A stretch of DNA of 64,000 nucleotides from Blastocladiella emersonii ATCC 22665. Lineage: Eukaryota > Fungi > Blastocladiomycota. The position numbers were made by a program, and so were the translations under genes. Shown in pieces: positions 1 to 12,911 of the stretch. Below the pieces are notes generated by a model that did no database searches, was not told the origin of the DNA, and saw only the letters and a list, made by a program, of their open reading frames with translations. Every line of letters starts with the position of its first letter. Within the stretch, counting starts at the first letter, position 1. The stretch is from the NCBI GenBank assembly GCA_025594325.1, contig JANHCV010000008.1, positions 930,001 to 994,000 of the forward strand. Reading direction: 5' to 3'.

Positions 1-88
1 GGAGGCGCGCAAGCCGAACTCACGACGGCGCGTCAGGCCGACCTGACCCCACTCTCCCCTCGGACCGTGCCCCCTGGCAGCTATACCA

Positions 89-1318
89 ATGAAGACTCCA
101 TGCAACTTGAATGAAAATCGGTTACCGACACACGGTGACCTTGTCCGCGTTCCGGGCCTCCCACTTGCCGCGGCCGCCGAGCGAGACGCTGGGTGCTGCG
201 AGGACCAGCAAAAGAGACTTTTGCGCGTCATGGAGCTGCGTCTTCAGGTTATAAGAACCACTCTTGCTATTAGACTTGATCGATCTCCCGCTCCGTCACA
301 TTCGGCGACCGCTGCCGCCGCTGAAATCGGATCACTATTGTCTCAGCTCGCGAGTTTGACGGAGCCGCAACAGATTGTTGCTCGTTCCTTCAACGAGCCC
401 GCTCCTGTCCTGGCTCCCGCCGGCTCGGACACGCCTCGTCTCGACCCGGCGCATGGTCATTGCAAACCCGAGCCCGAGTTTGGAGCAGCTCGTTCTCAAG
501 GCCCAGCTCATACAGGTCCGACCACGACTTACTCAACAGGGACCTTGAACTCGCCCAGCAGCCGTACCTCCCTTTGTTCCTTCGACGACCACCTTCGCTT
601 CAGACTCAAGGAGTCTGGCCCCAACGTGCCGCTCACGGTCTTGCTGGCGCATGCTTACCCAAACGTCCACCGTGCCCTGTATCGCAGGTATGCTGTCTTC
701 TTGCGCATGACAGCAACCGACGACGAGGCGAAACAAATCTTCCTCGACGCTCTCAAGCCAATTGACGATCAGCTGTCGTGGATTAACCGCTGGCTCCGCA
801 TGAAGCCCCGGCCGAGCACTACCGTCGCCAAAGTCTTCTCGACCTATATCCTTGTCCTCCGCGAGCAGATTGTGACTGACGCCATCTTTCAAAGGTTGTG
901 GCACATGAAAAAGCTCTTTGCCGACAAGTTGTTCATGTCGCTCGGGTACATCCCGAAGACGTCGCTGGAGATGATCGCCGCGCCTGATTTGACTTTGTCT
1001 GAGATGGCCGCCGCACTTGGCAACGTTGTGTTCCCGGCGGTTCACTTGTCCGCACCGATGCGAGGCAGCGATGCGGTAACCCGCGGCGGCGACAGTATCG
1101 CCTGCATGTACTGCCGGCAGCTTTGCCAAGCAGTTAATATTGTCCGCTCTCACTCCACGCGCGAGTGCCAGGCACTACAGGACACTTGCTCCGTCGCCAC
1201 TGCAATCGTGAGCGCCGCGCGAAACATGGCCGTTCCAAGCCCTCCGCATTGCGCGGCCGCTTCGCTGAACCATGTCTTCCTCGCTACTGCGAAACAATGG
1301 GTCGTCGACGTGACCCGA
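89..1318 (+). pseudogene. Gag-like family member 1, 5' part, interrupted by TIR element A
   Basis: Leader LLRVMELRLQVI, core HRALYRRYAVFLR...WINRWLRMKP, knuckle CMYC-x12-HSTREC. After codon 410 (VVDVTR) the ORF-track translation runs into element A repeats. Confidence 0.85.
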
Positions 1319-1337
1319 CATCGCAAAACCTGCAGCA

Positions 1338-1745
1338 GCGGTTCGGGGCCCGATCGCGGCCGGATCGCGGCCAGAAAGCAGCATCTGGGCCGGATCTGTG
1401 ATATTATCCTGACGCGGACCGGATCTGGCTCAGACGCCGCGCGGGCGGCGCGAGCGGGGTCGGGGCAGCGTCTGGGCAGCGTTGGGGCGGTATCCGGCCC
1501 AGATCCGGCCCTGATCGTGCCGTGATCCTGCCCTGATCTCGCCCAGGTCCGGGACAGAGGCTGCCGTGATGCCGCCGCGAAGTGCGCACCGATCGTGTCA
1601 CTATCCCGCTCGCATCGTGGCCGGATCCGGGCACACGTCGCAGTCAGATCCTGGCCGTATCGTCGCCGGATCCGGGCCATGTCACGCTCAGATCCTGGCC
1701 GTATCGTCGCCGGATCCAGGCCATATCGCGCTCAGATCCTGACCC
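1338..1745. repeat. Left subterminal repeats of element A (CCGGATC / CAGATCCGG)
   Basis: Many direct and inverted copies of GCCGGATC(T/C)GG and CAGATCC(T/G)G. Confidence 0.85.
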
Positions 1746-1900
1746 AGTCGGGGAGTCATCCGCAGCATTCGGGTATATATATATACAATATCATCATATC
1801 GGAACACGCTTGGGCGGCCGGCCGGCCGGCCTGCCCGCTCGCCCGCCCCCCCCCCCCCCCCCACGGTGCAACAGCGCGTGCGCGCGCGCGCGCCCTTGGC

Positions 1901-4497
1901 CTACTTCTTGGCCTTGGTCTTCGTTCTGCGAGGCACCGAGATGGCGAACGCCGCGAGCGTCGCCGCGCGCTTGGCGCTGGGCTTGCGCACGCGCGTCGAC
2001 TTGGCCCAGGTCGCAGGCGTTGTGGGAGGCGCGGGTGGCGCGTTCTCGACGTTGTTGGTCGGGTCCGTCTCCTGCGTGACTTGGGCATCGGTCCACGCCG
2101 ACTCGTTGTCCTTGGCGCGCTCGTTGTCCTCAATGACGCCACCCTCGGACGCCGCCGACTGGCGCAGCTTGGCCTCAGTCTCGCCGTCGACCACGCCCGC
2201 TGGATCTTGAGCAGCAGCCGCAGCATCGATGGCCGCGGCCGGCGAGGTGAGCCCGTGTGCTGCGCCGACTTGGGGCTCGACCACGGACCCGCTGGTCGGT
2301 GTCGCACTGGCACCAACACCTGCAGCAGCGGAGCGATGGGCTGGGAGGTGGGGGCGATGGCATGAGCGTCAGCGTTGGTCACCCGGACGCGGAGACAGCA
2401 GCGAAGGGAAGGGAGCATACGACAAGGCCGCTGCTGCAGTGGCGGAGGTGGTGGTGGCCGAGGTGGTGGCGGGGTCAGCGAACGTGGACGACGAAGGGGA
2501 CTGGCGTCGCTCTCGTCGCCCTTGTCATCGTTGTTGGCGTCAGCGTCGGCACGAGGGAGCGGGGACGAGGGGAAGGGCGCGGTCGTAGTCTCGACAGGCA
2601 CGAGCGAGGGCGCGCTGGTGGCAAGCGGGACTGCGGCCGAGGTCAAGGCCGACATGGTGAGCGAGGCCGAGCCGCTACCGTTGCCGCTGCGCGCAAGCAG
2701 CTCGAAGATACCGGGGTCGAGGCCGTTGTGGGCAGCGAGGTGAAGAGGCGACGCCGGGTTGCCGGGGTTGATGAGCATTGATGACGTGTTGCCCAACGGC
2801 ATCTCGACCGCGTAGCCCGAGTTGGAGAAGGGCATGGCGCCGGCGGGTACCGATGACGAGGCCGAGGCCGCTGCTGGTGCCCCGGCGATGGCAAGGCCGG
2901 ACGCGGGCGTGGCAGTGCTCGGCGGCGGGGCAGTGAACCACGCAAAGCCCGTACTGTACCCACGTTGGGCACACGTCTCGCGGAACAGCACCGAGAAGCC
3001 GGTCACCTTCTTGGTAAAGTTGGGTTCCGCCACGACCTTGCGGAGCTTGGTGAGGTTGGATTGCCGGTCCGACTGGTTGCGGAAGTCACCCCACCCCTTC
3101 GCGGGCGACAGGGCCGAGCCCAGCTAGGCAGCGCGCGCGCGCGGGGGTGAGCAGGCCGCAGAAAGAAAGCGGCGGTGACGGCGGAGGCGCAACGTATCAC
3201 AGCGAGAAGTAGAGCGAGGAAGCATTGGGCGCGGTTGACCTTGAGCACGGCCCCGTCCAGTTCCTGCAGCACCAGCACAGCGATGGATCCAAAGGATACA
3301 TTCGCTATGAGGGCAAGGTTGGAGGGGGAGGGGAGGGGCGAATGAGGGGTACAAGTTGTGTCGAGGGATGGGCAGACGCACGCAACGTACAGTTCACGGA
3401 CAACAGGAGGACGCTGTCGAGCAGCACCTCAAGGATCGTGTTTGGGTTGCCGGCCGCGTCAAAGAGCACGTTGTTGGTCCACGCAGGCTTGAGGACGCCC
3501 ATGTTGCCGGCCTTGAAGGCGGCGTGCGCCGTGTCCCAGGTCCCCGAGGCGATCGAGGCGTTGTTGACCAGCTTCTGCCTGATGAACTTGAGGACCAGCG
3601 TGAAGAGGTTGGAGCGAGCACAGGCGAACTCGTCCTTCAGGTTGGCGAACTCAAGCTATACACAGGCAGGCAGCAGAGTCAGTGCACCCGGCGCAACTCG
3701 CGGTTGGCCGTGGACCGTACATGGGCGCTTGGCCACTCGTTCTCAAGATCCGACAGGTCGAAGCGGGTCATGTACGGCGTGACGAAGGCCGAGTAGACCT
3801 TGGCGATCATGGTGCCATCAATTGTACGCAATCGAAGCTGTGCCCACCCGTTGGTGGGTGCGACTGCGGGCGCCAATGATGGTGTGAAAGGGGTGAGCGG
3901 GGCGAGAGGGGTGAGCGGGGCGAGAGGGGCGAGACTAGCGACGGGCGCAGATGGCGGAACAGTCAAGGGCGCAGAGGAGGGAGGAGCGGCGGGCAAGACG
4001 GGCCCGCAGGCAAATGGGTTGTGCTTCAAGCGGCGCCGCCACTTGCGCGGAGGCTTGCTGCCGTCGTTGGGCTGTGGGGCCGTTGCTGCCACCGCCGGAG
4101 AGGCAGCAACAGCGGCGGCGGCAGCAGGCGAGCAGGCGGGCGGCGCGCGAGTGGTGGAGCTGAGGAAAAAGGGCAAGGAGGGGTCGGGAGCAGGGGCGAA
4201 CGTCATCAACCGGTCCGTGGCGGGGGTACGCGCGGTGGCGGCGGGAAGAGACACGATGGGGAGAGGGGCAGCCTGCGCAAACGAGGTTGGGTCCGGCGGC
4301 GGGAACGGGAACTGCTGCTGGTGCTGCTGCTGCTGATGATGATGAGGATGATGATGCTGCTGCTGCTGATACTGCGGCATGGACCGCTGCTGCCGGAACT
4401 GCATGATCATCTGGATCTCGTCCGCCGTCATGTTGAGTGGCGGCTTGGCGGGCGCCGAGCCAGACAACGGGCTGGGCGCGGGTTGGTGCGACGCCAT
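1901..4497 (-). CDS. Multi-exon accessory gene of element A (polyQ/H, P/A/S-rich, basic C-terminus)
   Basis: MASHQP start at 4497. Exon frames correspond to ORFs 3679-4818, 3305-3502, 1756-3033 and 1901-2284, with a GTATGC...CAG intron near 2420-2312. Ends in basic RRTKTKAKK*. Exon boundaries are approximate. Confidence 0.55.
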
Positions 4498-4895
4498 GAC
4501 GGGCGACGCTCGGGACGCGAGATGGCGGTGACGGTGGCGGTGGAGGGCGGGTGGGTCGGATGCCAGCAGGTCGAGGGCGGCGGGTGTCTTGCGGGAGCAG
4601 AAGCGACCGAGGCCGAGCAGGCGCAAAGTCAAGAGAGGGGAGGGAGAGCGGGAGCGGGAGCGGGCGGGGCGGGGCGAGGGGGCGCCCCCTCTTTGCCTGC
4701 CTCTTCGCCGCCGCTGTGCAGCAGGCTGTGCAGCACGCCGCCGAACGCGCAAACGCGCCAACGCGCCAACGCGCCAATCATGTGCTCGGCGCGTCGCTGC
4801 CTCGCCGCTGCGCCGCAATCTCTCCCGCGCGCGCGCACGCCAACGCTGGGCCGCCCACCCTCACTGACTTTGCCCTTGTACTCGCGCATGTGTAG

Positions 4896-7442
4896 CGGGC
4901 GTCCGATGCGAGTCGCACCCGGTGACGTCTACAAGACGTTCATGCGGCTGCTGCAGGTGCTCGGCGACCTCCCTGAGCTCTCAATCATGACGCTCACCAA
5001 GCAGGGCATCGTCTGCCCGCATTGCCCGACCGAGGTCGCGCAGTTTCTCAAACGCATGCTCATCTTCGGGTCCTACAACATCGAGGAGATCCGCGCCAAG
5101 CGCGTCGACCCGCCGTCATGGGCCTGAGCAAGGCCCAGCTCAAGGCGCTGGCCAAAACTCTCGGGTACCACCTGCTCAAGGTGCGCTGGCTCTCTCCATG
5201 CCCACTGCGCTTTGGCGCCGCCCATGTCTCACTCACCGACCATTTTGCCCCCACACGAACGACGTGTAGAGCGGCTTCAAGGAGTGGCCCAGCGTCAACA
5301 TCTTCAAGTGTCTCGCTGTCGACCTGCTGCACCAGCTCGATATCGGCGCGTTTGGCCGCTACCTGTGGTCGGCGCTCAAGGCCATTGTCAAGAAGCGCGT
5401 GACGCACCCGCCGAGCCTCGAGCAGCGCATCAGCATGACGCCCGCCTTCTCGAGCAACCCGCTGCGCGCCGGCGCCATCATGACGCGTGACAAGCTCGCC
5501 GGGCACGAGTGGCGGTGCCTTTACCGCGTACGTGTGTTTCTCCGTGCTTGGGTAGACTCGCTGCTGGCTGGCTCCCTTCCAATGCTTACTCATCGTGTTT
5601 GCGTCGCTTTGCCTGTAGGTGATTGTGCCGCACCTGATCGGCCTGTTTCGCGAGAAGGAGCTCAACGACCGCGTCCTGCACCTGTTCAGCAGCTTCGCGA
5701 CCGTGGCCACGCTCGCGTCCTCGCCGACCCTCACCAACTCGGCGCTGGAGCTGATTGGACGGTACCTCGACGTCTTCTTCGAGCACCTCGTGCTGTTCTT
5801 TGAGGACGCCGGTGTCGACCTCCCCGACGCCCTCGTGTTTCATATGATGAACCACATCCCGGGCTCGGCACGCCGTTTCGGCGCGCCGGCGGCGTCCAGC
5901 ACCGAGACCACAATCGAGCTCCAGCACAAGGTGTACGCGACAGCACCAACGAAGCGCACCAACAGCCAGCAGTCGCTCAAGATTTTGGCGTCGCTCAACA
6001 TTGCTGCACGCGACGCCCTGATCGCGCAGTTCTCCTACATGCGCGTCTACCACCCCGACCTCATCTCGCTCGACAAGGTCGACCCGACGCTCGCGCCCCT
6101 CGACCGGGCACTGGACGGCGCGCGGGCTCGAGTGGCCGCCGCTTGTGCCTCCACGCCCGCGACGACCTTTGCCCCTGCGCCCGCCGCCCCAGCACCCGCA
6201 ACGACCTTTGCCCCTGCGCCCGCCGCCCAAGCACCCGCAACGACCTTTGCCGCCGCCACCGCTGCCCCCGCGCCCACCCGAGCACCCACAACGACCTTTG
6301 CTGCCGCCACTGCTGCCCCCGCGCCCGCCGCTGCAGGCACCATCCGGTGTGTCGACAACATGGACATCGACATTGCCACGGACGAGGGCCGCGTCTACGC
6401 TCGCCTCTACGGCAGCCCGGAGCTCATTGCCGAGGTCAATGCCATGTCGGCGGCCACAGGCGCTGTGGGCAACGGCGCGACGACTGCAGGCGCTGGCGCG
6501 CCGACGGCCGCTACTGACGCTGCTGCTGAACCACAGCCCGCCGTCAGCTGCGTCGAGTTGCAGTACGAGGAGCGCCGCATCACGCTCAGTGTCGTTCCCT
6601 CGCTGCTGCGCGGGTCCCGCCGCGGCGTCACGCTCGACTGGCTCGAGAACAAGTTCCCAAACCTCCTGCGCGGCCTCACCAAGGCCATGGCCAAGCACGT
6701 CCTGCTCGGCATCGAGTACGTACTCCCGCATCACTGCCCTCTCTCGAAGTCATGCACTGACGCCACTCTCCTGTTCGCTCCCTGTCCTTTTCTGCCACCC
6801 AGCAACCGCGACGCCAACGCTGCGCTTCGTCCCAAGGACCTTACCGATGCCGCCGGCCGCGTGTCGCAGGTCCGCGGGTTCCAGTGCATGGAGATCCATC
6901 GCACGAGCGACCTCGACCGCCAGCCGATCGTCGAGATCCTCAAGGCCCGCGTCACCGAGTCCCATGGTCGCCTCGTCAACGACTTTTTTGTGGTACGTTT
7001 AACCTCGCCTTGTTATCTTCCTGCCGCTTTACACCACTCGTTACTGATCGCCTCCCCCTGGCGACAAACCCAGGCTTGGCGCGGCAACCAGGGCGGGCTC
7101 AACATCATGGAGCCCATCCTCTTCCTCGACTTTGCCATCAAGGGCTTTGACGACCGCTTCCAGGTCGCCGTCGGTCGCTGGTTCTCGCGGTTCAAGCCCA
7201 ACAGCAACACCATGCTCGCCCGCGACGCCATCACTCACCTGATCCAGGTGCGCCGCGAGGACGCCCTTGCCGTCGTACCCGTTCCCGCCATCGTCGGCCC
7301 TGTCCATCTCGTGCCGACGTTCCTCAAGCACCTCGTCAACGGGAAGCCCAAGAAGAAGCCGTACTACCACCTTAATTGGTTCATCGGCCGCGAGCAGTTC
7401 TTCCAGGAGTCTGACACGGCCTTCAACTCGATCCTGCGCTGA
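4896..7442 (+). pseudogene. Plavaka-like (CACTA-related) transposase, 5'-deleted and frameshifted
   Basis: Motifs GDLPE...CPHC, VDLLHQLDIGAFGRYL, LEQRISMTPAF and C-terminal GPVHLVPTF...YYHLNWF. Introns at about 5181-5269, 5528-5618 and 6993-7073. Frameshift near 5115. It begins at a splice acceptor (4895) with no recognisable upstream exons. Confidence 0.8.
6155..6330 (+). repeat. In-frame 39-bp-type repeat (TTFAPAPAAPAPA) inside the transposase
   Basis: Four copies of ACGACCTTTGC-initiated units. Confidence 0.85.
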
Positions 7443-8339
7443 GCAACGCTCGCCCACCATCCCCACCCCGCCGCGCTCGCCCCTCCTCTCCACCACGTCT
7501 GCAGCCGCCATGGGCTAGTCCGGCTCGGCTTCATTGCATTCTTTGCCTCACCCGAGTCCGTCGGTCGCGCACGGCTGGTCGCACACGGCTGCAACTTCAC
7601 GCGCGGTCCCGACGGTCGCTGGCCCACCACCATCTCCGCCGACGCCGGTTCTCGCTCGCCCGCGGCTCCGCCGACGCCGGTTCTCGCTCGCCCGCGGCTC
7701 CGTGGCGGCGGTCGCATTGGCTGCGCGCGCCGCGACCTATGGCCCGCACTCCGCCTACTCGTTTTCGCGGGTCGACAGGCATCATCGACAGCGCTGAGCC
7801 GCCCGACAAGCGTGCCGCCGCGCGCGACCGTGCCTCGGCGGCTCGCCGCGCCTTGGCGTTCGTCGAGATCTCTCGCGCGCGCGTCTTGGGCCCGCCGCGC
7901 AGAAGACGGTGGCGGTGAAGCCGTCGCCGCCGGATCGTTCCGACACGCGCCACCTCGCTCAAGACCCGGCGCGGGTCAAGTCGCCGCCGTCCTCGCGCGC
8001 CGGACCTCGCGCTGCCGCCGCCGCGGACCGTGCCACCGCAGCGGCCGTGTGGCCGGCCGGGCCGACTCGCGGCCATCGCATCAGCTCAGCAGCCACCGCT
8101 ACGCACGGTGGCCGCCGCCGCCGCGGTGGTCGCTGCTGCCGCGTCCCCACGCTGTCCACCAGTCCCTGGTGGGCGGGTATGGCGTCGCCCGCGGCGGGCA
8201 TCGCGACCACGTTGCGCAGCGACCACTCTCGCTCGCCCTCGCCCCGCGGATCGACCCATAGCAATCAATACATGCATTTGATACTTGACACCGCGTCCCA
8301 CCGTCCCGCCGCCGCGGCTCGCGGCCATGGCAGCTGCAG

Positions 8340-8553
8340 CTCGCGGCCAAGTCCCCCGTCTGGGCCGGATCTGGGCCCGGCAACCAGATCTGGCCCGGAT
8401 CTGAGCCAGACGGCTCATCTGGGCCGGATCCCGCCCCAACACCCCAGCCCCTCCGCGCGCGCCCACCCCGCCGCCGGCGTCTGAGCCGGATCCGGCCCAG
8501 AAGCGCAGTCTGGCTCAGATCCGGGCCAGAGCGGTGCTGCAGGTTTTGCGATG
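8340..8553. repeat. Right subterminal repeats of element A
   Basis: GGGCCGGATCTG / CAGATCTGG / CTGAGCCGGATCC units mirroring the left end. Confidence 0.85.
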
Positions 8554-8702
8554 GAGCGGGAATCCCAAAGGGCACGTCCCAGCGGAAAGCTGTCGAAATC
8601 AAGTCGGGGCGGATGGTCGCCACGGCGGTCTTGAAGTTGCCCAGCGCTGATTTCGAGCGGGTTTTTCAGGGCATCTGGATCGAAATTGCGGCGGTCTGGT
8701 AG
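8554..8702 (+). pseudogene. Gag-like family member 1, 3' part
   Basis: Rejoining across the GA TSD gives ...VTR-AGIPKGTSQRKAVEIKSGRMVATAVLKLPSADFERVFQGIWIEIAAVW*, matching paralogue ends such as RIPRGT...RERVLRVVWVEI. Confidence 0.85.
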
Positions 8703-9076
8703 AAGAAAATTCAAGAATTCTTAGCCGGCGAGCGAGCGCGTTTGTGTACATGGAGAGGTTCGACGTTGGTAATTGCACTCTGAAGCGGGTTGGTGCAAGG
8801 ACGGAGTCAAAGGACCCGTTGTGCATCCTCGCACTGCTGTAGGTTGCAGGAACGTCATGTCGGATCCGTTTTGTCCACTCTCACATTATAGCACGCACAC
8901 TCCTCCAAGTGAGCGAACCAAATGCTGAAGCACGATGCGACCCTGCAAAAGGCTCTTGGGTGCAAATCGGAGACGTGTTCCGATATCACGTGCGTGACGC
9001 GTTGGACCAGAAATGTCTCCCACGCGTTTCTTCGGGAACGACGCGTTGACGACCGAAGGAGCTCCACCCTGCATTT

Positions 9077-10745
9077 ATGACACTCACTCACTATAGACGG
9101 ACTACAGACTTAATGCAACGAACCATGACATCGACTCCCGACCTGTCGGTGGCATCTGGCCTGGCGTCGGCCCTTGCCGACGACGTGGAGGTCTTCTCGA
9201 ACTCCCGCCCCGAGGGTTCACTGAATCCCGTCGCTCTCAATAAGTCTATGTTGCTCGGATCCATCAACATCCGGCTGCAGCTGAAGCGTGCGGCGCTGCA
9301 CGATCGCGCGCTGCAACCCACGCATGTCTCGTTTGCGCCGCCTGCCGACCTTTTCTTCTCATCTTTGCTACCTGCTGCACACGAAGAGCTTGATTCACCG
9401 CCTGTCGATGTCGATCTCCCATCCACGCCAACGTCGGCTCTCGGTCCCGCGTTCCGCGATGCGCCGATGACCAACGAGCCCAGAGCGCCGTGCACCAAGC
9501 TTGTGGCGCCCATCGTGACGATGCTGAAGCAGGAACGTTCTTCGTCCTCTAAATCGCTTTCTTCCAGCTCACCTCCGGCCACCGTCGCCAAGCTGCGCCA
9601 CTCCCTCAGCGCCACGGACCCGCAGCTCTTTCTTCGCTTCAACAAACTTGCACCCGCTTTTCGTATCACGTCCAAGCACTCATCCTCGAAGAGCTTCCAT
9701 GACCCGCATGCCTATCTCGCTGCTCTCCGCGTTGCAATCCCCGAAGCAAAGACGCTGGCCGCCCTTCTCCTGAATCTGTGGACCAAGGTCGATCTTCTTT
9801 TCTACTGCACCTATGCCGTCCTACTCATCGAATCAACACCCGATGCCCAGGCTGAGCGTCTCTTCATTGGCATCGCTGATCAGACCTGGAATCCCGAGTG
9901 GATCGCACGCCGGCTCGCGCTGCAGCCTCGTTCTCAATTGCGCAGTGACATCTCGGCCTACCGTTTGATCTTTCACAACCTCCTCAGCTTAGTCGTAGAG
10001 GTGACTCCGGAGCTGTTGCATTCATGCCACATCAAGCGTGTCTTCACCCTGCTCATCGGTCACTGGCTCAAGTGGAAACCGACGAACGTGGACCCGCTCG
10101 TCCATGACACGGCTGCTTCGCTTGCTGATGTCGTAGAGGTGTACACTCGCCTCACCTTGCGTGGTTCCAAGTTTGCTTCCGGGAAGGACGGCTCGGCGGC
10201 CGCTGCTCAACGTCTGACCCCGCGCCCAACCACCACTACTGCATCAAGCCAGCCATTGCGGGTGTGCGCGCGGCACCTGGACGACCCGGCTTCTCATTCC
10301 GCTTCGTCATGCTCTTGTCACGCTCCCGCTCGCGGTCGCCCGCTCACCACATGCCTCACGAGCACCCTGAGGGGTGCGACTTGTGCTCCCCGCATCCCGG
10401 CTACCCGGTCCCCTCGGCCCACCTTTCCGAGGAATGCCCGCTCCTAAATGACCAGCGGGAGCTCGCGCACCGTCTGCTGTTCGTGGTGCGCACCTCCGAG
10501 ATCGAAGATCTGCCGTTACCGTCGTCCGCGAACTACTACCCTACCTGCTCGAGATGACGACCACGTGGCTGCGGCAAATTGTCTACGCCAAGATTTTGCC
10601 CGGAACGCCCCGGGACGATGCATGCAAGCTGAAGCGGTGCCGCAGCACGTTCGCGATGCTTCTCGCGACACCGCATTCGCGCCGCCGCGAGCGCGTGCTG
10701 CTGGCCATGTGGAGCGAGGTGGCTAAGCTCGTCGAGGCGGCGTGA
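9077..10745 (+). pseudogene. Gag-like family member, two frameshifts
   Basis: Core YCTYAVLL...WNPEWIARRLALQP in frame 9077. SRSRSRSP and knuckle CDLC-x11-HLSEEC in frame 10264. C-terminus KILPGTP...RERVLLAMWSEV in frame 10554. Confidence 0.8.
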
Positions 10746-11016
10746 GTCGCGATGGCCGTGTCGACGTCTGCGAACCAGTTGTTGTTGGAGGAGGGGCTGT
10801 CGTGCACCGTGTCTGATGGGATTCGAGAGAATATATTTGAACTTAGAATACTTATGTCCCGACCGTGAGGTACCTCTCGTGGTCGCGGGAACTGGCGAAA
10901 GCGACGTGAGACGCGACGGGAAATCATGTGACCCGAGACCTGCCAGTCACTTCCCGCACGGCTCGTCCGCGCTCCCACTTCTCCTTCGCTTACCGACCCA
11001 AAATCCATGAACATCC

Positions 11017-12699
11017 ATGAACACTAGATGCAACGTGCCCGGGGAGAGTAGAACGGAAAGCGTGGTTAGTCTTGGCTCGCCAGGACGGGTTGGCGAAAAT
11101 GCCCACGATGTCCCGGCTGCGCGAGAGCAGCTTCCCGCGCCCCACCGGCGAGCTTTGGAAGTTCGCTTGTCTCTCGTCCATCTTGCACTTTCTGCTCGAC
11201 TTGGGGCTGTTACTCCCGGAAATGTTATTGCCCAGTCCCAATTTATGATGGCGGAGCTGTGCGAAATTGACCAGTCCCGCGCCACGCTCGAAACTTGCGT
11301 ACCCGAATCACCTGAAGGCGATGAAGATACGGACTCGAACGACCTTGACATCGAATCGTGTGCTTCGTCGTCGTCAGCTCTCGCTGGATTAGACGAACAT
11401 CGTCCAATCGTGGATACCGCCGACTCGTTCCAGCCCAAGTGTGAATCGACTTCTGGTTTGCCCGAGACCGCTACCACCAAGCTTGATGATACTGCGGCGA
11501 GCGAGTGTCCTACCTCGCCCGACCATGATCCTGCGGCAAACGATCCGCTTTCGTCGCCCGGGTCACTCGAACCAGGAGAAATCGAGGACGACCCTGCGAG
11601 CTCCAGCGCAACTCTTACGGACGCTACCGGCTGCACAATCTCTACGCAACCATTGCTGTCGCTCAGCCCCTACTTGACCCATCAACTGGCTCACCCGAGC
11701 CCTGCTGCTTCGACCATGCCCGTTCGGCTTGTTACCCATCGAGGCGCTGCTTACGATCCCCAACTTTACGAAGCGCTCCGAATTCGAGGCCCAGACCTAT
11801 GGCTTACGAGTGACATGGATCGCGAAACCATCTCGCGCGTGGGTGCCGAATTTCTTGACCAGCTGCGCGAGTTTGCTCCCAGCTTCAGTCTTGCGAGCTT
11901 GCTGCTTACTGCAGCACCTTTGGTGCCTCGAGGAATCAACTGCGTCCTTTCTGTATATCTTCGTCGAGACATGTATGATGCGGAGGCTCGTGAGCTCTTC
12001 ATGAACGTGCTCGATCCCGAATGGAAGCGGGACTGGGTCCGCCGGTGGCTCGCACTTGTTCCTCGGTCCGGCGAATCCATTCCAACCTTCTACCGCACGT
12101 TTATCGCGCTCCTCGGCGAGGAGATCAGCCTCAGGGAAGAACCCAATATGCTTTCTTGGCGCCAGTTCAAGCACGTGTTTGGAGCCAAGTTGTACACGAG
12201 CCTCGGACTGTTGGCCAAGCCCGTCATGGAGCTTGTTTCAGACAATCGTGCAACTATCGGGAAAATGGCCGACAATCTCTCGCATGTTAAAGCGCCGCTT
12301 CATCAAGCTGGCACTCCGTCACCCGTGGATGCGTGTCACTTTTGCCAGCGGATCCCTTACATCCACCTCGCGCTCGCCTCGCACTCGCTGTCCATGTGTC
12401 CGCAGATTCGAAAAATGCAAGTCCATGCTCGTGTCGTCGCGAGCGCGGTCGCTGGCCTCGCGCTTGCGATCCCGAACACTTACAGCAGTAGCACGATGAC
12501 CAATCCTCAGGCTGAGCAGCGGACCTTAGACCTGGTCGAACGACTCCACGCGGCGCCCATTCCGTATGACTCGCCGCGCCAGACCAGAATCGCCGTGAAG
12601 CACGCTCGAGTGCTCGTCCGGATATTGGTGGGGCTCCCGCACAGGGGCAGGTGGCGCGCGCTGCACGACTTTTGGGTGCACTTGGAGCCGCTGCTATAG
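11017..12699 (+). CDS. Gag-like capsid / zinc-knuckle protein (560 aa, subfamily II)
   Basis: Intact ORF. WVRRWLALVPRSGESIPTFYRTF, FKHVFGAKL, CHFC-x12-HSLSMC, ends LHDFWVHL. Confidence 0.8.
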   Translation: MNTRCNVPGESRTESVVSLGSPGRVGENAHDVPAAREQLPAPHRRALEVRLSLVHLALSARLGAVTPGNVIAQSQFMMAELCEIDQSRATLETCVPESPEGDEDTDSNDLDIESCASSSSALAGLDEHRPIVDTADSFQPKCESTSGLPETATTKLDDTAASECPTSPDHDPAANDPLSSPGSLEPGEIEDDPASSSATLTDATGCTISTQPLLSLSPYLTHQLAHPSPAASTMPVRLVTHRGAAYDPQLYEALRIRGPDLWLTSDMDRETISRVGAEFLDQLREFAPSFSLASLLLTAAPLVPRGINCVLSVYLRRDMYDAEARELFMNVLDPEWKRDWVRRWLALVPRSGESIPTFYRTFIALLGEEISLREEPNMLSWRQFKHVFGAKLYTSLGLLAKPVMELVSDNRATIGKMADNLSHVKAPLHQAGTPSPVDACHFCQRIPYIHLALASHSLSMCPQIRKMQVHARVVASAVAGLALAIPNTYSSSTMTNPQAEQRTLDLVERLHAAPIPYDSPRQTRIAVKHARVLVRILVGLPHRGRWRALHDFWVHLEPLL

Positions 12700-12911
12700 C
12701 GCAAATGCTCTCGGTCTATGTAATACAATCGCTTTGCACTCGTACCGAAAACTCTGCACGTGCATTACCCTGACGATCATCCGCGATGCGAATGAAATCG
12801 TTCGCGCGCCGCTAAAAAACACGAGACGCTGAAAACAAAAAGGATCTCTTTGGAACAAACAACAACAACGAAAAATGCTGGGAAACGAACACCGTTGAAA
12901 CTCGGGGAGGC

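Larger units (their letters stand above)
1319..8553. mobile_element. Element A: CACTA/Plavaka-type TIR DNA transposon (defective)
   Basis: Inverted ends CATCGCAAAACCTGCAGCA (1319) and TGCTGCAGGTTTTGCGATG (ends 8553), 2-bp TSD GA on both sides, GCCGGATC-type subterminal repeats and Plavaka-like transposase exons. Removing the element restores the host ORF. Confidence 0.9.

Noticed and set aside
1341-1745. CRISPR-like or iteron array
   Set aside because: The units are irregular in spacing and orientation, the context is eukaryotic, and they are explained as subterminal repeats of element A.
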